A stretch of 64,000 nt of DNA. Source: Felis catus (Eukaryota). This document shows positions 36,401 to 51,079 of this stretch, in pieces. Each line of letters opens with the position of its first letter. The first letter of the stretch is position 1. The stretch is from assembly GCF_018350175.1 (NCBI RefSeq), contig NC_058368.1:181042001-181106000 (forward strand), read 5' to 3'. The notes beneath the pieces are model-generated. The model made no database searches and was not told where the DNA came from. It saw only the letters and a list, made by a program, of their open reading frames with translations. Made by a program: the position numbers and the translations under genes.

Positions 36401-39400
36401 GATAAGTGAAATTTGGGGAAGAGAGCTTAATCATTTTAATCATACCTTGTTCAAATTTATCTTAAAATCTCTGATATTATCAATAAGTAGATTTACAATA
36501 TTTTCTTTAATCATTATTATATTTTAAACCATATTTTGTAACTGTATGGTCCAAAAAACCCTGACGCTTTCTATAAGTCTTTATGTTGAAAAGTAAACTT
36601 TAAAAAATATTGATGTTTTTTGAGTTGTGAGACTTGAAAATGTGAAGAAAAGAGGGATAAGGTTAGTACACAGAATATTTGCCATAAATATCTATAGATT
36701 TTGCTGGAGGGAGTAAAAGTTTAGGTCCGATTTATCTATCAACCAATAGAAATGGAAAAATACTATTAATCCCCAAAATAATAATTATTCAATAATTATT
36801 TAATCTATTTATTCCAGTACTAAGTCATGAGAAATGTCTTCTTGCAGAAATTCATAAGGATCTGTGTAACGTAACAAACAATATCCTCAATAACATAGTT
36901 GAAGTAAATGTAATTTTTGTTTTTGTAAAACTAATTTTTTGTCAAATTTTACTGATTATTAAGAACAATTAAAATAAACTATATTGAAGGACTCTTCATA
37001 TATTATATTCATATATCTTAAGATAACTGGAAACACTGGAATATTGTTAATCATTGTTACACTAGGAGCTGAATAAGAGATTTGATGACATTTCTTTGTC
37101 CTCCACACGTTGAAAGGCAAGTGGAGGAGTCTGAACAGAGCACAGAGGGAAAGGCCACTGACTTCCTGGTGCCCTTTTCTGTACAACATGCATACATTTA
37201 GTTGAGAGAATTACCTACAGACATAGGCTGACACTAAGAGGTCATTTTCAGGTACTCTGTTCTCACATAGTTTAATTAGTTTGACTTTTTCTTGATGACA
37301 AAAACATTAGAATCATAAAAAGGCCTAGTATAATCTCAAATTTTTCAAGGGCATTTCAGGAGTGAGGAAAATGTATTTTTAATTCCATGAAGCATTGTTC
37401 CAGCAAAGGATAATTTAATATGGTGGATTACTGAAAACATATTATTTACGGGATATGAATGCAGAACAAAACTACAAAGAGTAGTCACTTTGCATAAAAT
37501 TTGTCATCCCAAAGTTCCCTTTTTAGCTTCTGAAATGGAATTATTTGCCATTTTTTCCAGGAAGCCTTCCCTGAGTGCAGACATGTGCAGACATGAATGC
37601 ATGTATTTTGTATGTGACAGAAAAATTTTATACTTACTATATTGCTTTGTACACATTCTCAAGTTCACTTAGCTTGTCAAAGTACTCCTGAGTATCAGGT
37701 ATTAGAAATAAGTATAAAGTATAGGTAAGCTAAGTTTTCCTTTTGTAACCTACACTTATATTCCTAAATAAACCAGGAGCCATGTCTGCTATTTTTTTTT
37801 AATGAGGGCTGATTTATAGGGTAATGTGATTAGCACTGTGCAGAGAAGAATGAGTAAAGAAGGGTGTTAGTGAGTGAATAAAGATGTTTAATTTCAAAGG
37901 GAAAACCTCTGGATTAAAAAGAAAAAGGCTGAAGTTTGAAGTGAAGATAGCAGAGGTGGAAAAAATATAACCAAAGATTCACAGAATGAACCTACCACCA
38001 AAATGGTAATATTTATAACATTCACATTCTGGAAAAATTGACCATGTGTAGAAAAAAAAGGTGCCATGTAAATAGATATAACAAGTTGTTGCCATGATGT
38101 AGGCAGTTTTTCAAAACTGGCTTCTTGAACGTGCTTGAGACTTCACATTGCCTATTCCAGGTTATTGCCAAGTATCATGGGGTCAGTAAACACTCCAAAG
38201 GTTTTGGAAATTCAGACTGACCTCTGGCATTTCTATATTACCCAGGTGACCTAAGAAGTGTGAACTCCCTGGGATGATGGGGAAACATAGAGGGAGGAAA
38301 AGTTTCTTATATAAGTATTGACCTGAATAAAACAATATTTGCCTTGTATTCTCTATATGAGAATGTGACTTTCTGACTTAATGTAACAACTGTCATTGCC
38401 TAACGAATATTGAGCATGGGCTAGATCCCTTTGAGCTAGGTACCAGTATTTTTTCTAATTATATCAATAGAAGTAAACATTCTCTGAAGAAAAATCAAAT
38501 TCTAGGTAGCAAAACTGGGATTCGCACCCCCTTAACAAGTGTATATGGGAGGCTAGACTGTCACATAAAGTACTTAAACTGTGGTCAAAAACACATCCTA
38601 AGATTCTGTAAATATGGATCATCTTCAACCCCAGGGATGCTATGATAAAACTGAGTCAATCCTAGTGACACTCAGACATAGGAGTGGCATGTAGTGGAAC
38701 ATTCAGGCCTGGCTCTTCTAAATACAGATCAACCACATGGTGCAAAGATGTGCTGTGATGTACATATGAGTTTAGAACGAAAATTGTTAATGGAAAGATA
38801 GGACCACTGTTGTCTGAACATTCCTTTCTCTCTTTTTGTAAACCTTACGTGGCAATTTACTGTCAAATTCTACCTCCTCAGATTTATTTAAACATCAGCA
38901 GGTATACAAAAGTCTTTGTGTGTCACACCAAACAACAGGAAACAAGATACTTTATCTTCCCATTTCAAAAGAAGCACAGGCCATTAATAAACCATGCCAA
39001 TCTCGTTAGACTACAACACTGCTTTTAAAAAATCTCATTATATCATATTGGCATTGGGCTTACTTGATATTTTCAGAGAGCTTACATATTACTGGGGTGA
39101 TGTGTTTCTTTCTTTCCACCATTCATTGGACAGCACATCAGTTTGACAGAATGGGTGTTCTAAGTTGAAAATTTACTTTCTCGTATTTGTTTTTTGAGAC
39201 AGTGAAATACAGAATGCAAATGTGGGGAATGCAAATTTGGATTGTCTGGGGCTAGAGCTTAAACAGAACTCAACAACATAAAGATTGCGGTGTTTTGATA
39301 GGGAGACATTTATAAAAGCTGCAGTGCTGACAATATGACCAGCTAGTATATAAACACAATCTAAATTCTTGGTTTAGGAAGATTACATTTCTGTTAACTG

Positions 39401-39439
39401 ATGCTCTTCTGATAAAAGTCCAGACACAATTACTCCTGC

Positions 39440-39625
39440 ATCTGCATTGATCAATGCTACTACCACCTCCTGAGTACTAAGAGTTTTACATATTTATCTC
39501 ACTTGATCTATCCCTAGAGAGAGATTCTATTAGTGCCCCCACTCTACAGGTAAGGAGGTTGAGTCATACAGAGATGATATACTTTCTTGTAGGTCACACG
39601 GCTAATAAGCAGCAGAACCATGGTC
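39440..39625 (-). mobile_element. MIR
   Basis: ttttacatatttatctcacttgatc...cccactctacaggtaaggaggttgag...aggtcacacggctaataagcagcagaacc. Confidence 0.7.
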
Positions 39626-39652
39626 TCAAATTTTTAATATCTTATTTTTTCA

Positions 39653-39688
39653 TGTGTGTGTGTGTGTGTGTGTGTGCGCGTGCGTGTG
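39653..39688. repeat. (TG)n microsatellite
   Basis: TG run ending in cgcgtgcgtgtg. Confidence 0.95.
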
Positions 39689-42549
39689 TTTCCCTGACTT
39701 CAGTGCTGCTTTTCAAATAAATGTTTTGGACTGTCTGCTTTGGGTGTCTGCCTCAATGGGAAAGGTTTTTGAATGTGTTACAGGCATCACTTGGGGATCT
39801 CTGCATATGTACTTTCACAGGAATAAACATTGTGGGACACCAAATCAAAGGTGAAGACCTACAGAACAAATGTTCAAAGATGTCCAGGTAGAACAAAGGT
39901 GATGGCACAACTGAATAATCAGTTTTTGACCCCCAGAGACCTGACCTGCATAATCCTGGAAATTCATTTGTCTCCATCAAAAGGGCAGCTGAGTTGACTA
40001 AACTGCATGCAGGAAGGTCAGATGGCTTCAGTAGAGTGACTGGAGGCACAGATATTCAATGCTAATATCCACACACAACCACACACCCTGGAGTTTATTC
40101 CTCTATTAAAGAGAATGCAATACAGAAATTCTACTCAGCAATAAGTTAGCTTTTTCAGGAGTCTAATGACATCATTATAGAATATTCTAACTTTGCTCTG
40201 TGGATACAATGTCATTAGTGCCCCTGGGGTTTAAACCATGCTATCTCAGTTATTCTACACAGCTTCTCTCCATGTTATATCCTCTCCCATATGTCAGAAA
40301 AAATGAGAGTTTTTATAGACACAAAAGTGTCTGCAGTAGCCCCAAGAACACACAATATTATTTTATTCATCAGTTGTCAAGTGCCTGCAGGGTTCAAAGA
40401 GACAGGTCAACAGAAGGGTGTATGTTATATGAATTGTTCTACACTAAAAAAAATAAGATATTTGCAGGAAGGTGTCTCTAGGAGTCAAATTTAATAGAAG
40501 CTGCAGATTTAACTGGAGTCTCAACTTTAGTGCTTTTCTGAGACCACCAACATGGAAGTCAGTGTGTGAACTATGATTTGAAATTCCCTTTCAATGATTG
40601 AATATTACATTCTAATGTGTCCACAGCATTTTTTTATGCTAAAAGCTGAAGCATGACCATCATATTCTTGCCAGCAATCTCAAGTACTTGAAATACAGTG
40701 TACCTAGTTGGTGTTCAGTATATCTTAGGGGCTTGGTAGAGATAATATATGTTCCAGAGAAATTCCCCAGTGGGAATGAGGGATGCGGATGAGCATCCCT
40801 CTCAATCAGTAGTGAGCAAACTTGTATTGGCATGGGGGCCAAGTAAAGTGTTAATGGGAACCATTTATTATTCTAAAATTAGCATAACTTCATTTTCCCC
40901 TTACTGTTAAAGCAGTATACACACATGGAAAAATTGACACAATACTGAAAAATAAAATACATACATTTTCCATTACTTAAAACATACAAGATATTAAATA
41001 ATAAAATATAATTTAATTATTTTATTGAGTCCTACCTGTGGGTACAGGCATAGAAATGGCCATGTGATAAATGGCATCTAAACAATGGTTATACTGCTAT
41101 ACAGTGAGTCATAACAGACATGACTGTTAGTACTTTTTACACCAAGTCTTGAAAACAGTATATAGTATCTTTGAAAATTCTATGCATTGGGCATTGAGGG
41201 ATTGGGGAAGGAGACTTGGTCTCTCTTGAGAAATCAGCATAACTGTTCTGGTGATAGCAGTTAGGTAAATCATCAAATCTTTCTGCTTTGCCTAATTCTT
41301 GGCTTGCATCTCAGTAATTTTCCTCAGCAAGGTTTTTTTTTTTTTTTCTGTCATGCTATTATACACATATATATTCTTGCATACTTGGGTCAATAGTTGA
41401 TCTGAAGTCCTTTCCTGGGAGAAATAACTACCTGAATGTACACCCACATTCATACCTATAAAGATATATTTTCATTTAGGCATCAAACATACTAGCCCCT
41501 GGTTTGATTTTCAGATCATAGAGATTTATTCTCATTAACTAAGAGAGCATATTACCATGCCAAGACTTCATACAGCACTGCCTAAGATTTTTTTCAATTC
41601 TAAGCTTCTACTGAAAGCCCTGCTGAGAGAAACTATGGGTTCTAAAGCTCACCTATGGGATTAGTGTTCCATTCACTTCTCTAATACTTGAAGTTAGATC
41701 ATCAGAAGGTCATGTGCCTGAACCTTAGTTTTTCATCAAGGGGAATGAATCTATACAGAATGAGATTCTAATGGTATGTCATTGGCTTTCATCAAAGGAC
41801 ACTATAAGATATGTGCATGTAAAGTCCACTTGAGTCTTGGTTATCAAGAAAAGCCATGGACAACATTGCCTATGCCATCAATTTATATCCCTGATTAAAA
41901 AACAAACAAACAAAGCTGGACATGAAAAACGTATCTTGAAATTTGGTAGCTGGAAGAATTTTGTCTTAAGAAATTTCTATGTTTCTCTAACCCCTAAACC
42001 CATTTTGATAAAAACAAAACAAAAAACTACATAAGTACCATGACCTTAATATACCAAAAAAAAAAAATCAGACTTTAACACTTAAGTTCAATATAAGCAG
42101 TTATGTTGATCCTTCTGGTTGATATATGCACAGTCTATTTTTTCCCATCTTGTTTTCTATTCTCTATCTCATTACTTTGATGAATATACCTTATAGTATA
42201 GCTATTTCAGATATTTTTATGCAAAGGGGGTAACAAAAATTAATGCTGGTTGTTGTGTTTTTGTTGTTGATTTTAAGTTATCTCCTGTCTATTTATTTTT
42301 TTATTAGAGAGTTTATCAATGATTGATGGTATAGACAAGCATGTAACATACACAGACACATGCACATGATTCCTGGGAAGTTCAGCACATAGGACAAAGA
42401 TTTTATTTTACACAGTTTGGCAGATAATTTAGTTTGATAATTTACAAATATAAACATGAACACATAGAGATATTTTTTACCTTATAAAGAAATTTTCATT
42501 TTTTAAGTTCTATAAATTTGCTATTTGGACTTTATCATCTATTTTTCTA

Positions 42550-42762
42550 TAACTTTTTAAAGTTTATTTACTTATTTTGAGAGAGACAGAGAAAGCACAA
42601 GCAGGGGAGGGGCAGAGAGAGAGAGGGAGAGAGAAACTAAAGCAGGCTCTGTGCTGTCAGTTTAGAGCCCGATGTGGGGCTCGAACTCACAAACTGTGCG
42701 ATCATGACCTGAGCTGAAACTGAGAGTGGGACGCTCAACTGACTGAGCTACCCAGGTGCCCC
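42550..42762 (-). mobile_element. Can-SINE
   Basis: gtttatttacttattttgagag...gactgagctacccaggtgcccc; TSD tatcatctatttttcta / tataatctatttttcta. Confidence 0.95.
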
Positions 42763-42794
42763 TATAATCTATTTTTCTAAAGGGACATTCGAAT

Positions 42795-43010
42795 GATAAT
42801 AGTTACTATTAATCAAACACTAATTCAGTGCTCTGTGCCATCTATATATTTAATATGATTATATTTGTTCTTTATAACAACTCTGTCTAGGCAAAGTTAT
42901 TATCCCCATTTTATAGACCAGGAAGATTAATCCAGAAAAATAAGCAATTACTAAGAAATTAGAATTAAGATATGAACCCAAGTCTTGCTAAATCCAAAGC
43001 TCATATTTTA
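42795..43010 (-). mobile_element. MIR (interrupted by the SINE at 43011)
   Basis: ttattatccccattttatagaccaggaa...gatatgaacccaagtct...tccaaagctcat. Confidence 0.7.
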
Positions 43011-43222
43011 GGGGTGCCTGAGTGGCTCAGTTGGTTAAGCATCCAACTCTTGATTTTGGCTCAAGGCATGATCTCACCATACATGACATGGAGCCCCACG
43101 TCGGGCTCTGCACTGAGAGCTGGGAGCTGGCTTGGGATTCTCTTTCTCCCTCTCTCTCTGCCCCTCCCCGATGCACACACTCTCTGAATAAATAAATAAA
43201 TGAACAAACATTTAAAAAAAAA
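43011..43222 (+). mobile_element. Can-SINE
   Basis: GGGGTGCCTGAGTGGCTCAG head; perfect 16-bp TSD caaagctcatatttta. Confidence 0.96.
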
Positions 43223-44569
43223 CAAAGCTCATATTTTAATCCACCAATCCAATTTTGTCTGAATCTAGGCAGGTCCAGGTACAGAGCTTGATCTTTAACA
43301 AGTTATTTCAATAACACCAAGTCATGGTATTATTCCTGCAGGAAAGAGTACTATCAGCTTTCTTAATTAGACTTGAAAATGTACATCTGTTTCTTAGCAG
43401 TGGAATGCCACAGACACTGGAATCACGGTTGAAAGAAAGAAGGAAAGCAAAGGTTCGGCCACTTTTAATTCATAGGATACTTCTCCGGGCTTCAGTCATT
43501 ACATCTTTAAGGTAGAGTTAGTGATACCTTCCCTAACAGTTTTAACAGGGCCATAGTGAATATCAAATAACGTAAACACTGAGGCAACATATGGTCAAGT
43601 GAAAAAGCTCAGTAGAAATAAAAGTTAAGATATCTTAGAATAAGAGAACGAGTCTTTGTATAGCTTTATAATTGTGTTAAAAATATATCTCCTTTAATTT
43701 CTACATAACTGACTAATGAAAAACACAATTGCATGTCCCTGTTTTTGCTAAAGATCACACTCTTCCTGAGTCTTTCCTGTATGTGTTCTCAGTGCCAGAA
43801 ATATGGAGTAGGAAAAAGAGGGCCAGGGTGAGTGAAACACCACCTTTTGAAGCATATCTTGCATCCATAGATTAAAAATTTCCCATCTGCAGGATGTTGC
43901 CCATACTACACAGTGTAATCTTCTACAATAAGTGTTCCATTGTTATATATCAGTTGATAGGCCATTGGCAAATAAGAGTATAACACCAGTACAATTTAGA
44001 ATTTCATTGGTTAAGACATAATTTCCCCCAGCACCTTAATGTTTTGTGTTAGAAATGACAGCAGAAAAACAGAAACATGGTTGAAGGCAACAAGTCAGAG
44101 AACAGTGCAGTGGCCACCCCATGACTTCCACTTAACCCACATTCTTACTTTGGTTCATTTTGCCTACGTTCTGTCTTGGAAAGATTTATTGTATGATTCT
44201 CCCTGACGTTTGTGTATTTTGCTTTTATTTCGAGAGCTCAGCAGTCTTTACCTTTCATACCTTTTAACCAATTTACCTTTCACTTTTTTATAATCAATTT
44301 ATATATATACACACACATACACATGTATACATGTACACATAAATTAGAAATTTAATAATACCCTACTAGTGTTGTATTTTTTAGGATTGTCATTGTTTTG
44401 TTGATGCTCTGGTTACCAAGTTGTATAAGCTTTAAATGGTTGGCCTAAACTTAGATTTAGTGTAAATCACCTTCTTATTTTTTAATTATCTTTTTAGTGC
44501 TTGATTTTGCACTAAACAAGATTTTTAAAGAATGAATGTATTGCATTAGAGCAAAAATGCAAGCACAGG

Positions 44570-44665
44570 TATCACAGGTTTGTTGTGAGGATTAAATGAG
44601 ATAATGGATGAAAAACATTTATCTCAGTACACTGTGCATAGAGAGCTCAATAACAATAACTATCA
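44570..44665 (+). mobile_element. MIR 3' fragment
   Basis: tgttgtgaggattaaatgagataatggatgaaaa...gagctcaataa. Confidence 0.75.
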
Positions 44666-44814
44666 TGACTCGACATGTTCCTATCTTAGGAAGGGAGTTT
44701 GTAACTTCTATATTATTGGCAGAGTGAATCATTTGAGAATTGTGAATAATATTTAGGGAAATATTTGTGGCCATTATGTCCATAATATTTCTGGGGATAT
44801 ATCTCAATAGATTT

Positions 44815-44890
44815 GATTTATATAAAATATATAATAATATAAATTATATACATAATATATATTATATAATGTATTATATATAATATATAT
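44815..44890. repeat. AT-rich low-complexity tract
   Basis: Almost only tata/ataat units. Confidence 0.85.
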
Positions 44891-47800
44891 CAGATGTTGT
44901 AAAGGAATGATATGATATGATCATGGGTATTTATAAATTTAATGGAGATGTACACACACAGTGTTCATACAAACATACATGAAAATCTCAATATAAATTA
45001 CAACAGGTTCATAGTTGCTAAATCTGGATGGATGTCAGAATCATTTGTGGAACTTTAAGGTGATATACCAGCTGAAGCATCACCCAGCTTGTTGATGAGA
45101 AGGCTTGGGATGGCAACCAGTCTGTGTAGTTCTATAAAGCTCTCCATATGACTCTGACTTTGGCTGGGCTTGAAAAAATGTCAAAACCTTAGTTATGAAA
45201 TTCTTTCTTTACAAAATAATAGAGTGATGGCTAATTTCTGACCAGTTTTATGACTATGCTTAATTAAAATGAGCTTACTCTTTGGCTGATGGGACTCTTA
45301 AATGTTTCTCCAATTATTTCAAAGCTGTTATAAAATAATAAAATAGTCTCAAAATAAGTTTCATTTTAGTTCACATTATCTTTACAAAGCAAATGTCTAC
45401 CAGTCACCACTATAGGGCTGTGGGTGGGATATATGTGTGAGACCAAATCCTGTTAGTGATGTCTTGCATCTATGCTCCCTACATTTTGATAATGGAGGCC
45501 AAAGGCTTAATTCAAAAGATGGAAGAAAAGAAAGACTGTTAAAGATTCCACCCTTATTGTCATAATTGGGTGACTGTTGATAAACAAATGAGAGTCCCGT
45601 TACTTAATTTAGTGACAGAGGGCTTCCTAAACTTTCATGCTCAAGATAGTGCTAGGCTTCACAGTCTTCTATCCAAACAGAGACTAAGTTTCTGAGTGAA
45701 TGTAATGGTTTGGGAGGCAGCAAGGTGGTAGGGATGAACACGAAGAGAAATGTGGCAATGAAGGATGGCAAAATGGACTGCCCAATGGGCTTCTTTGGAA
45801 TGTGATAGAATTGCCGGCAGACTGTTGAGAATAGCATGTGTAGCCTAGAGGTGGCTGAAGGAGGAAAATCTGAAAGAAGAAACCCTCAAGGAAGAAATGG
45901 AAGGGTAGAGATGGAAACTAGAAAGCAGCCTCCCTCTGAATGTGCATGTCATAGGAGCTAATAAAAAATGTGAGTATTAACTGTGTTACCTTGTCTGAAG
46001 AACATACCTGTGTAGTAATATACACTGTAATTTGAATGATCAAGTCTATGAATCAAATTTCCTGAGTGTCAAAGAGGTCTTTCAGTATAGAGAAAATTGT
46101 GGTGAGAAAGAGTAGGAGGAGAGAGGGGAATGGAGAAAGGTGAGGGGAGAGAGAGAAGAAATAAATATATTTGGCCAAAGAGAATGAAATTAATAAAATG
46201 CCATGAAAAGTACACAGGATGTGGATTCACTGTCATTGACATTGGATCACATTGCCCTTTATAATGTGTATATGTTTAGTAAAATTGCACCACTTCCTTT
46301 GTCCTTATCTCTGGCCACCTTGGGAGTTTTGATCCTTAAAATTACAAAGAGGACAGAGAAGGATCACAAAGTACTCCCTTTTGGATGCCTTGGCATCCAT
46401 CTTTTTGATGTGAAACATATAAAATCAAATTCTCAAAAATAATTTTCCACTGAGCATTTATTCAGAGCTCTGTTTCTCTGGTGATTCTTAACAAAGGTTT
46501 TGTTGCCAGTGCCCAGAGGAAAGACTAATTTAAATGTAGAAAGAGACACTTAAAAAATAATGTCATCTGTTGGCAAAATCTCTGAGGGTATTACCTTCCT
46601 TTCACACATGCAGGGAGCTAAACCTGATTGCATTTAGGGTTATCTTTAGCAGCTATACTCAGAATCAAAACATTCTCATGAGGACTATTGTTCTAACTAA
46701 TCTACTTATTAAGCTTTTATTCAGTTTTAATAGTCTTTTATTAAAAAAAAGCTCAAAGGGGACCACAATAGATTTTGCAATTATTAGCAAGGAAAGCACA
46801 GCCTATGACCTACAACCACTGGTTTGTCTAAGAATGTTCCACGTTTGAAAGCTATAGTTTAAACCATTGTGCTTAATTACAGGTGCTCACTCCCACATAT
46901 GGCACACTGCCCCTGATCCCCAACAAACTACAACTAGTGAGAAGCTGGCTTTCCAACAATTTGGAGTCGGAGGTGAAAAAGTTTGGTAGATGTGATGCCT
47001 GACTGCGGTTTAAAGGAATAGGATGAAGTAGCTGATGGTGGCATGTCAGGAAAAAAAATCATACTAGAGAATATTTGTGAGTAGGACGTTCAAAGCTTTG
47101 TTTAAACCAATTCTTTGTGCCACCTAATACGAATTTGTGTCTTTCATTTTCATTATGCTTCCTCCACCTCACTGTCTTCAGGAGATAGAACAAATCAGTT
47201 TCATGTGTTCCCTCTTCTTTATGTGTTTTTTGTCTTGGGCAAGAGATGCTCACATATTTCTTTTGATTGAAAGCTATATTCACCAAACCAATTAAATGAA
47301 GATTTTGTAATTTCTTACTTCTTATTAAGGACTTTTCCCACAACCTAAAAACAGTATAATTTTAAAGTAGATAACTCTTTTTTCCATATACAAACAAATT
47401 ACCCACCGTGCATGTGAACACAGATAGAAACCACAAACAGCTATAGAAATGTATAGAGCAATGCACCACATGATTCACAGAAACTTTGAGAACCATGGCA
47501 GGTAGAATCCTATCAAAATCATACTGAATTTCCTGGAAATACCGCCTTTACTTTTATTTCTTAAATTCAGTTTGGGAATTCCAAATGGAAGGAGCGGTCT
47601 ATGGCTATGTTAAATGTATGCTCAGTTTAAATGCAGGGCCGTATGATTGCTCATCTATTCTTTAACTCTGAATCAAATATTTTATACATTAGGCCTTTGC
47701 TACTTGAAGTCACTGTTTTCCAGACCATTCTCACTCAAGGTCTCTCAGAAAGGTTTTAAGAATGACCTAAAAACAAAAAAGGAAAATTAAACCTTACTCT

Positions 47801-48699
47801 GCACGGGCATTTTTTTCATTTCTAAGAAACCAAGTAATGCTCAAAGGATCTACTCCCTCATTAGAGCACATGGATGATGCTCAAAGTCATATTAATGCAA
47901 GTGGGGAATGACCTAAGGAATAATAGCATTTAACATTTGTGGAACGTGTTTAAAATGTATTAAACACCATAATCAGTAGTTAATGAAACCTTCTAACATC
48001 CTAATAAGAGACATAAGGGGTGTAAATGAGACAACAAACCTTGATAGCACAAGATAAGTCTCAATAAACAAGGGTTTAATCATTTATATAAGAGCTAAAA
48101 TTCTGTCTTTTAATAAATGGGTCTTGGTGGAGCTAAGGAAGACTTGTTTCAGTGGCCTTGAACTCTCAGGCTTAGCCCCAAGAAGGAGAGAAAAACATAA
48201 ACATTCAGCTCACATAGGGGGAGTGACCCAGGTTTTTGAGAAAGATTTTCAAGGGTGAAAAACCCAGATCATATTTTCTGTGTTGGAGACTTTTCTATGA
48301 GAATTGGCACTTCAAAGTTCCAATGAAAGACTTCCTCCTGAGAAGCAAGATCAGTATCTTATTTGATTTGCAGGCAAGAAATAAACTTCAGAATGGAGAG
48401 TTCCTTACTGTGTTTTCCTTGCTTAGACTCCTGCAGTTTAGAAGACTGCTGGCCATATATTAAATGACAGAGAAACTGAGATGTTTATAAGTTTCATGTG
48501 AATTCTCTGGTCCTTATGATCTACACCACCATCAGATGGTGGTACATCTGCCATATTCCTATTATACTCAGTACCTGGGAAATCAATAGCAAGAAGCACT
48601 CCTATCAGTGGGATAAATGGCTGATTAAAGAAAAAGTGTGGATATTAGAAATGTCTGAGATATAGACTGTCCCCTCTTTCCGGTCCATGCCAATTATCA

Positions 48700-49245
48700 T
48701 TGATTGTCTACTCAATTGCTATCAGTTGTTTCTCCAATCTCCCTCCTTCTTTCCTAACTGATCCCATTTTTGTTTATGCTGAATGATGCTCAGAGAAGGC
48801 TGGCCTCCCTCAGCCCTGCTGATGAACTATGCTTTGTCTAACTGTCTAGTAATTCCATGCACTTGCTTGATTTTGATTGATTGATGGGTGAGCAGATGAC
48901 CCAGCTATGTCTAAGGAAACAAAAGGAAAACAGGTTGGGTTGAATCCAGAAAATAATTTTACTCTCTGAAGACAAAAGAGAAATGCTTGAGGTAGTCCCA
49001 CCCCCATGTTTGCCCTTCTTGGTTTGGATAAAGTCATGGGAGAGCGAGATGCTTGAAAACGAAGCTGAATGTAACTCTAAGGGCAAACATGGCCAACACC
49101 AACACAGAAATTCTCCAGTCCTCAAAGACATTGCTGAACTACTGAACCAATGTAGAAACCACTTACCTTCAGACTTGAAGATCTTTTATTTTAAGCCAGT
49201 TTTAGTTTGGCATCAAGTTATTTTTGAAGCTGAAAATAGCTGTAA
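48700..49245 (+). mobile_element. MaLR/ERVL solo LTR (MLT1-family-like)
   Basis: aagacattgctgaactactgaacc...accttcagactt...tttaagccagttttagtttggc...gaagctgaaaa. Confidence 0.6.
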
Positions 49246-49749
49246 GGATATATTCCTCCTCTCTTTTCCCCTCCCTCAGCATTTTCTCCATTGAAGGATT
49301 TTGTAAATTTATATAAGACCTATGTACTATTTAAAAACTCATCAAATTTGAGTGCCTTACAGTTTTTAGTAGTAGCTATAACATATAAGATGCTTAACTC
49401 ATCCACTTTGCCTGAGACTGTCCTGTTGTTCACACTAAAAGTGCCACATTCCAGAAATTCCTTCAGTCTCAGGCAAACCTGTATTGTTGGCTACCCTAAA
49501 TGTACAAAAGAAAATCCAACATATAGAATTTTTCTCCCCTAAATTGAGAAATTATCTAAATAATTCAATGATTTATTTTCTTCAAACATCTGGGCATATA
49601 AGTGCAAATAGAATTGCACTGAATTTAAAGTAATGTCTTCAACTGACCTCTTTGCTTTCCAGATATAAATTGAGGAATGGGAATCTCAGGCCATTTGTGG
49701 AAATAAACTAGTATAGGTTAACATTAGGATTAATATTACAAATATATGT

Positions 49750-49920
49750 ATACATACATATATGAAAAGCGCCCAACATTTGAAGTGACATACTTGAACT
49801 GTTTCATTTAACTCACAAACATACCTAAAAAAAATTAATATTAATTCCCATTTTACAGATGAGGCAACTGACGCTTAGAGAACTTAAGTGACCTGCTGAA
49901 GTTGACTCAGCTGATACATG
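49750..49920 (-). mobile_element. MIR
   Basis: cccattttacagatgaggcaactgacgcttagagaacttaagtgacctgc. Confidence 0.85.
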
Positions 49921-51079
49921 TTTAAAGAACAATTCCCAATACTTGGGAACAAACCCAAGTAGACTTAGTTTGGAATTGAAAGTGTCTCAAAACACAGTCA
50001 ATACTTACGTGAACTGAGTTAGAACATCCTAAATGCTCACTACCATTTCTTAAAAGTTTCACTTCAATTCCTTCTAACCTACACATTTGAGAACAAGTCC
50101 CTGAAGAAAATGAAAAACATGTGCCTGGGAAAGTCCCTGCTGGTGCAGGTTCCCAGTTGGTACAAGTCAGCCTCAGGGACCTACTGATTCACAGAGTCTC
50201 TGCACCCAGCAGGAGGAAAGTCCAATTAAAGACAAATGTCACGTCTTGCATCTTTGCTGATGGGAATCACCTGTTTTACACGAATACCTCTGACTCTGGT
50301 CCAATGGAAAAGCACACAGAGCATTTCAAGTAGTGGAATCAGAGGTTACCGAAGCAGAAGTTATCAGCTAGACCCTGTCCTGTATTATCTGCTTGCAGGA
50401 GACGAATGAGAATGATGTTGGCGATTTTTGATCTGATTGTATTTAGAAGATAATGTCAATGAAAATTGAGTGTTGTTACTAGTGCAAAGTAAATGTCGGG
50501 GCAGACTGAGACATTTAAGAAAGAGTGGAGAGGCCATTTTCCAGGGTACACCATTCAATTTTATTAACATTAGAGCTATTACATACCACATGCTTTTTGT
50601 TTTGTTTTATTTTGGGCAAAAAAAAAAAGTAATAATAAGATAACTGAGGGAACTCAATGACCAAATATCAGAGTCAATTTATATACGAGTAAAACCCAGG
50701 ATGGAAATGCAAGTGACCTTATTTATTAGTTAGTTTATATCTCTCTTTTTCAAAATACAGGACTCTCATAATAGCTCATCCAAACATATATTAATGGGTG
50801 TTTTCTGAAAGGTCAGTGATTTATTTATGGGTGCACCCTGGCACCCATGAAAATCTAAATGGTTTGAAAGTGTGTTAACTTTATCCTGCTCATATCTTAT
50901 TCTGCCCCTCACCATACAGATATTTGTTTTTAAAATTATGAAGCGGGATCCTTGTACTTTTTGGAGACATTTGTGACCATGATAAAGATATTCATCCACT
51001 AACAATAATAAAAATATCAATTTTACTACTAAGAATAGTTTGATTTGACAATTTACTACAAGCCTTAAATATGTAATTT

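Noticed and set aside
898..43222. Pol III A/B boxes suggesting tRNA genes
   Set aside because: All belong to tRNA-derived Can-SINE heads; no cloverleaf tRNA seen.
48525..48545. CTCF-like ccatcagatggtggta
   Set aside because: Mismatches at informative positions; cannot be called from sequence alone.
49640..49710. Plus-strand branch point and acceptor followed by AATAAA
   Set aside because: No supported upstream exon; such motifs are common in AT-rich DNA.
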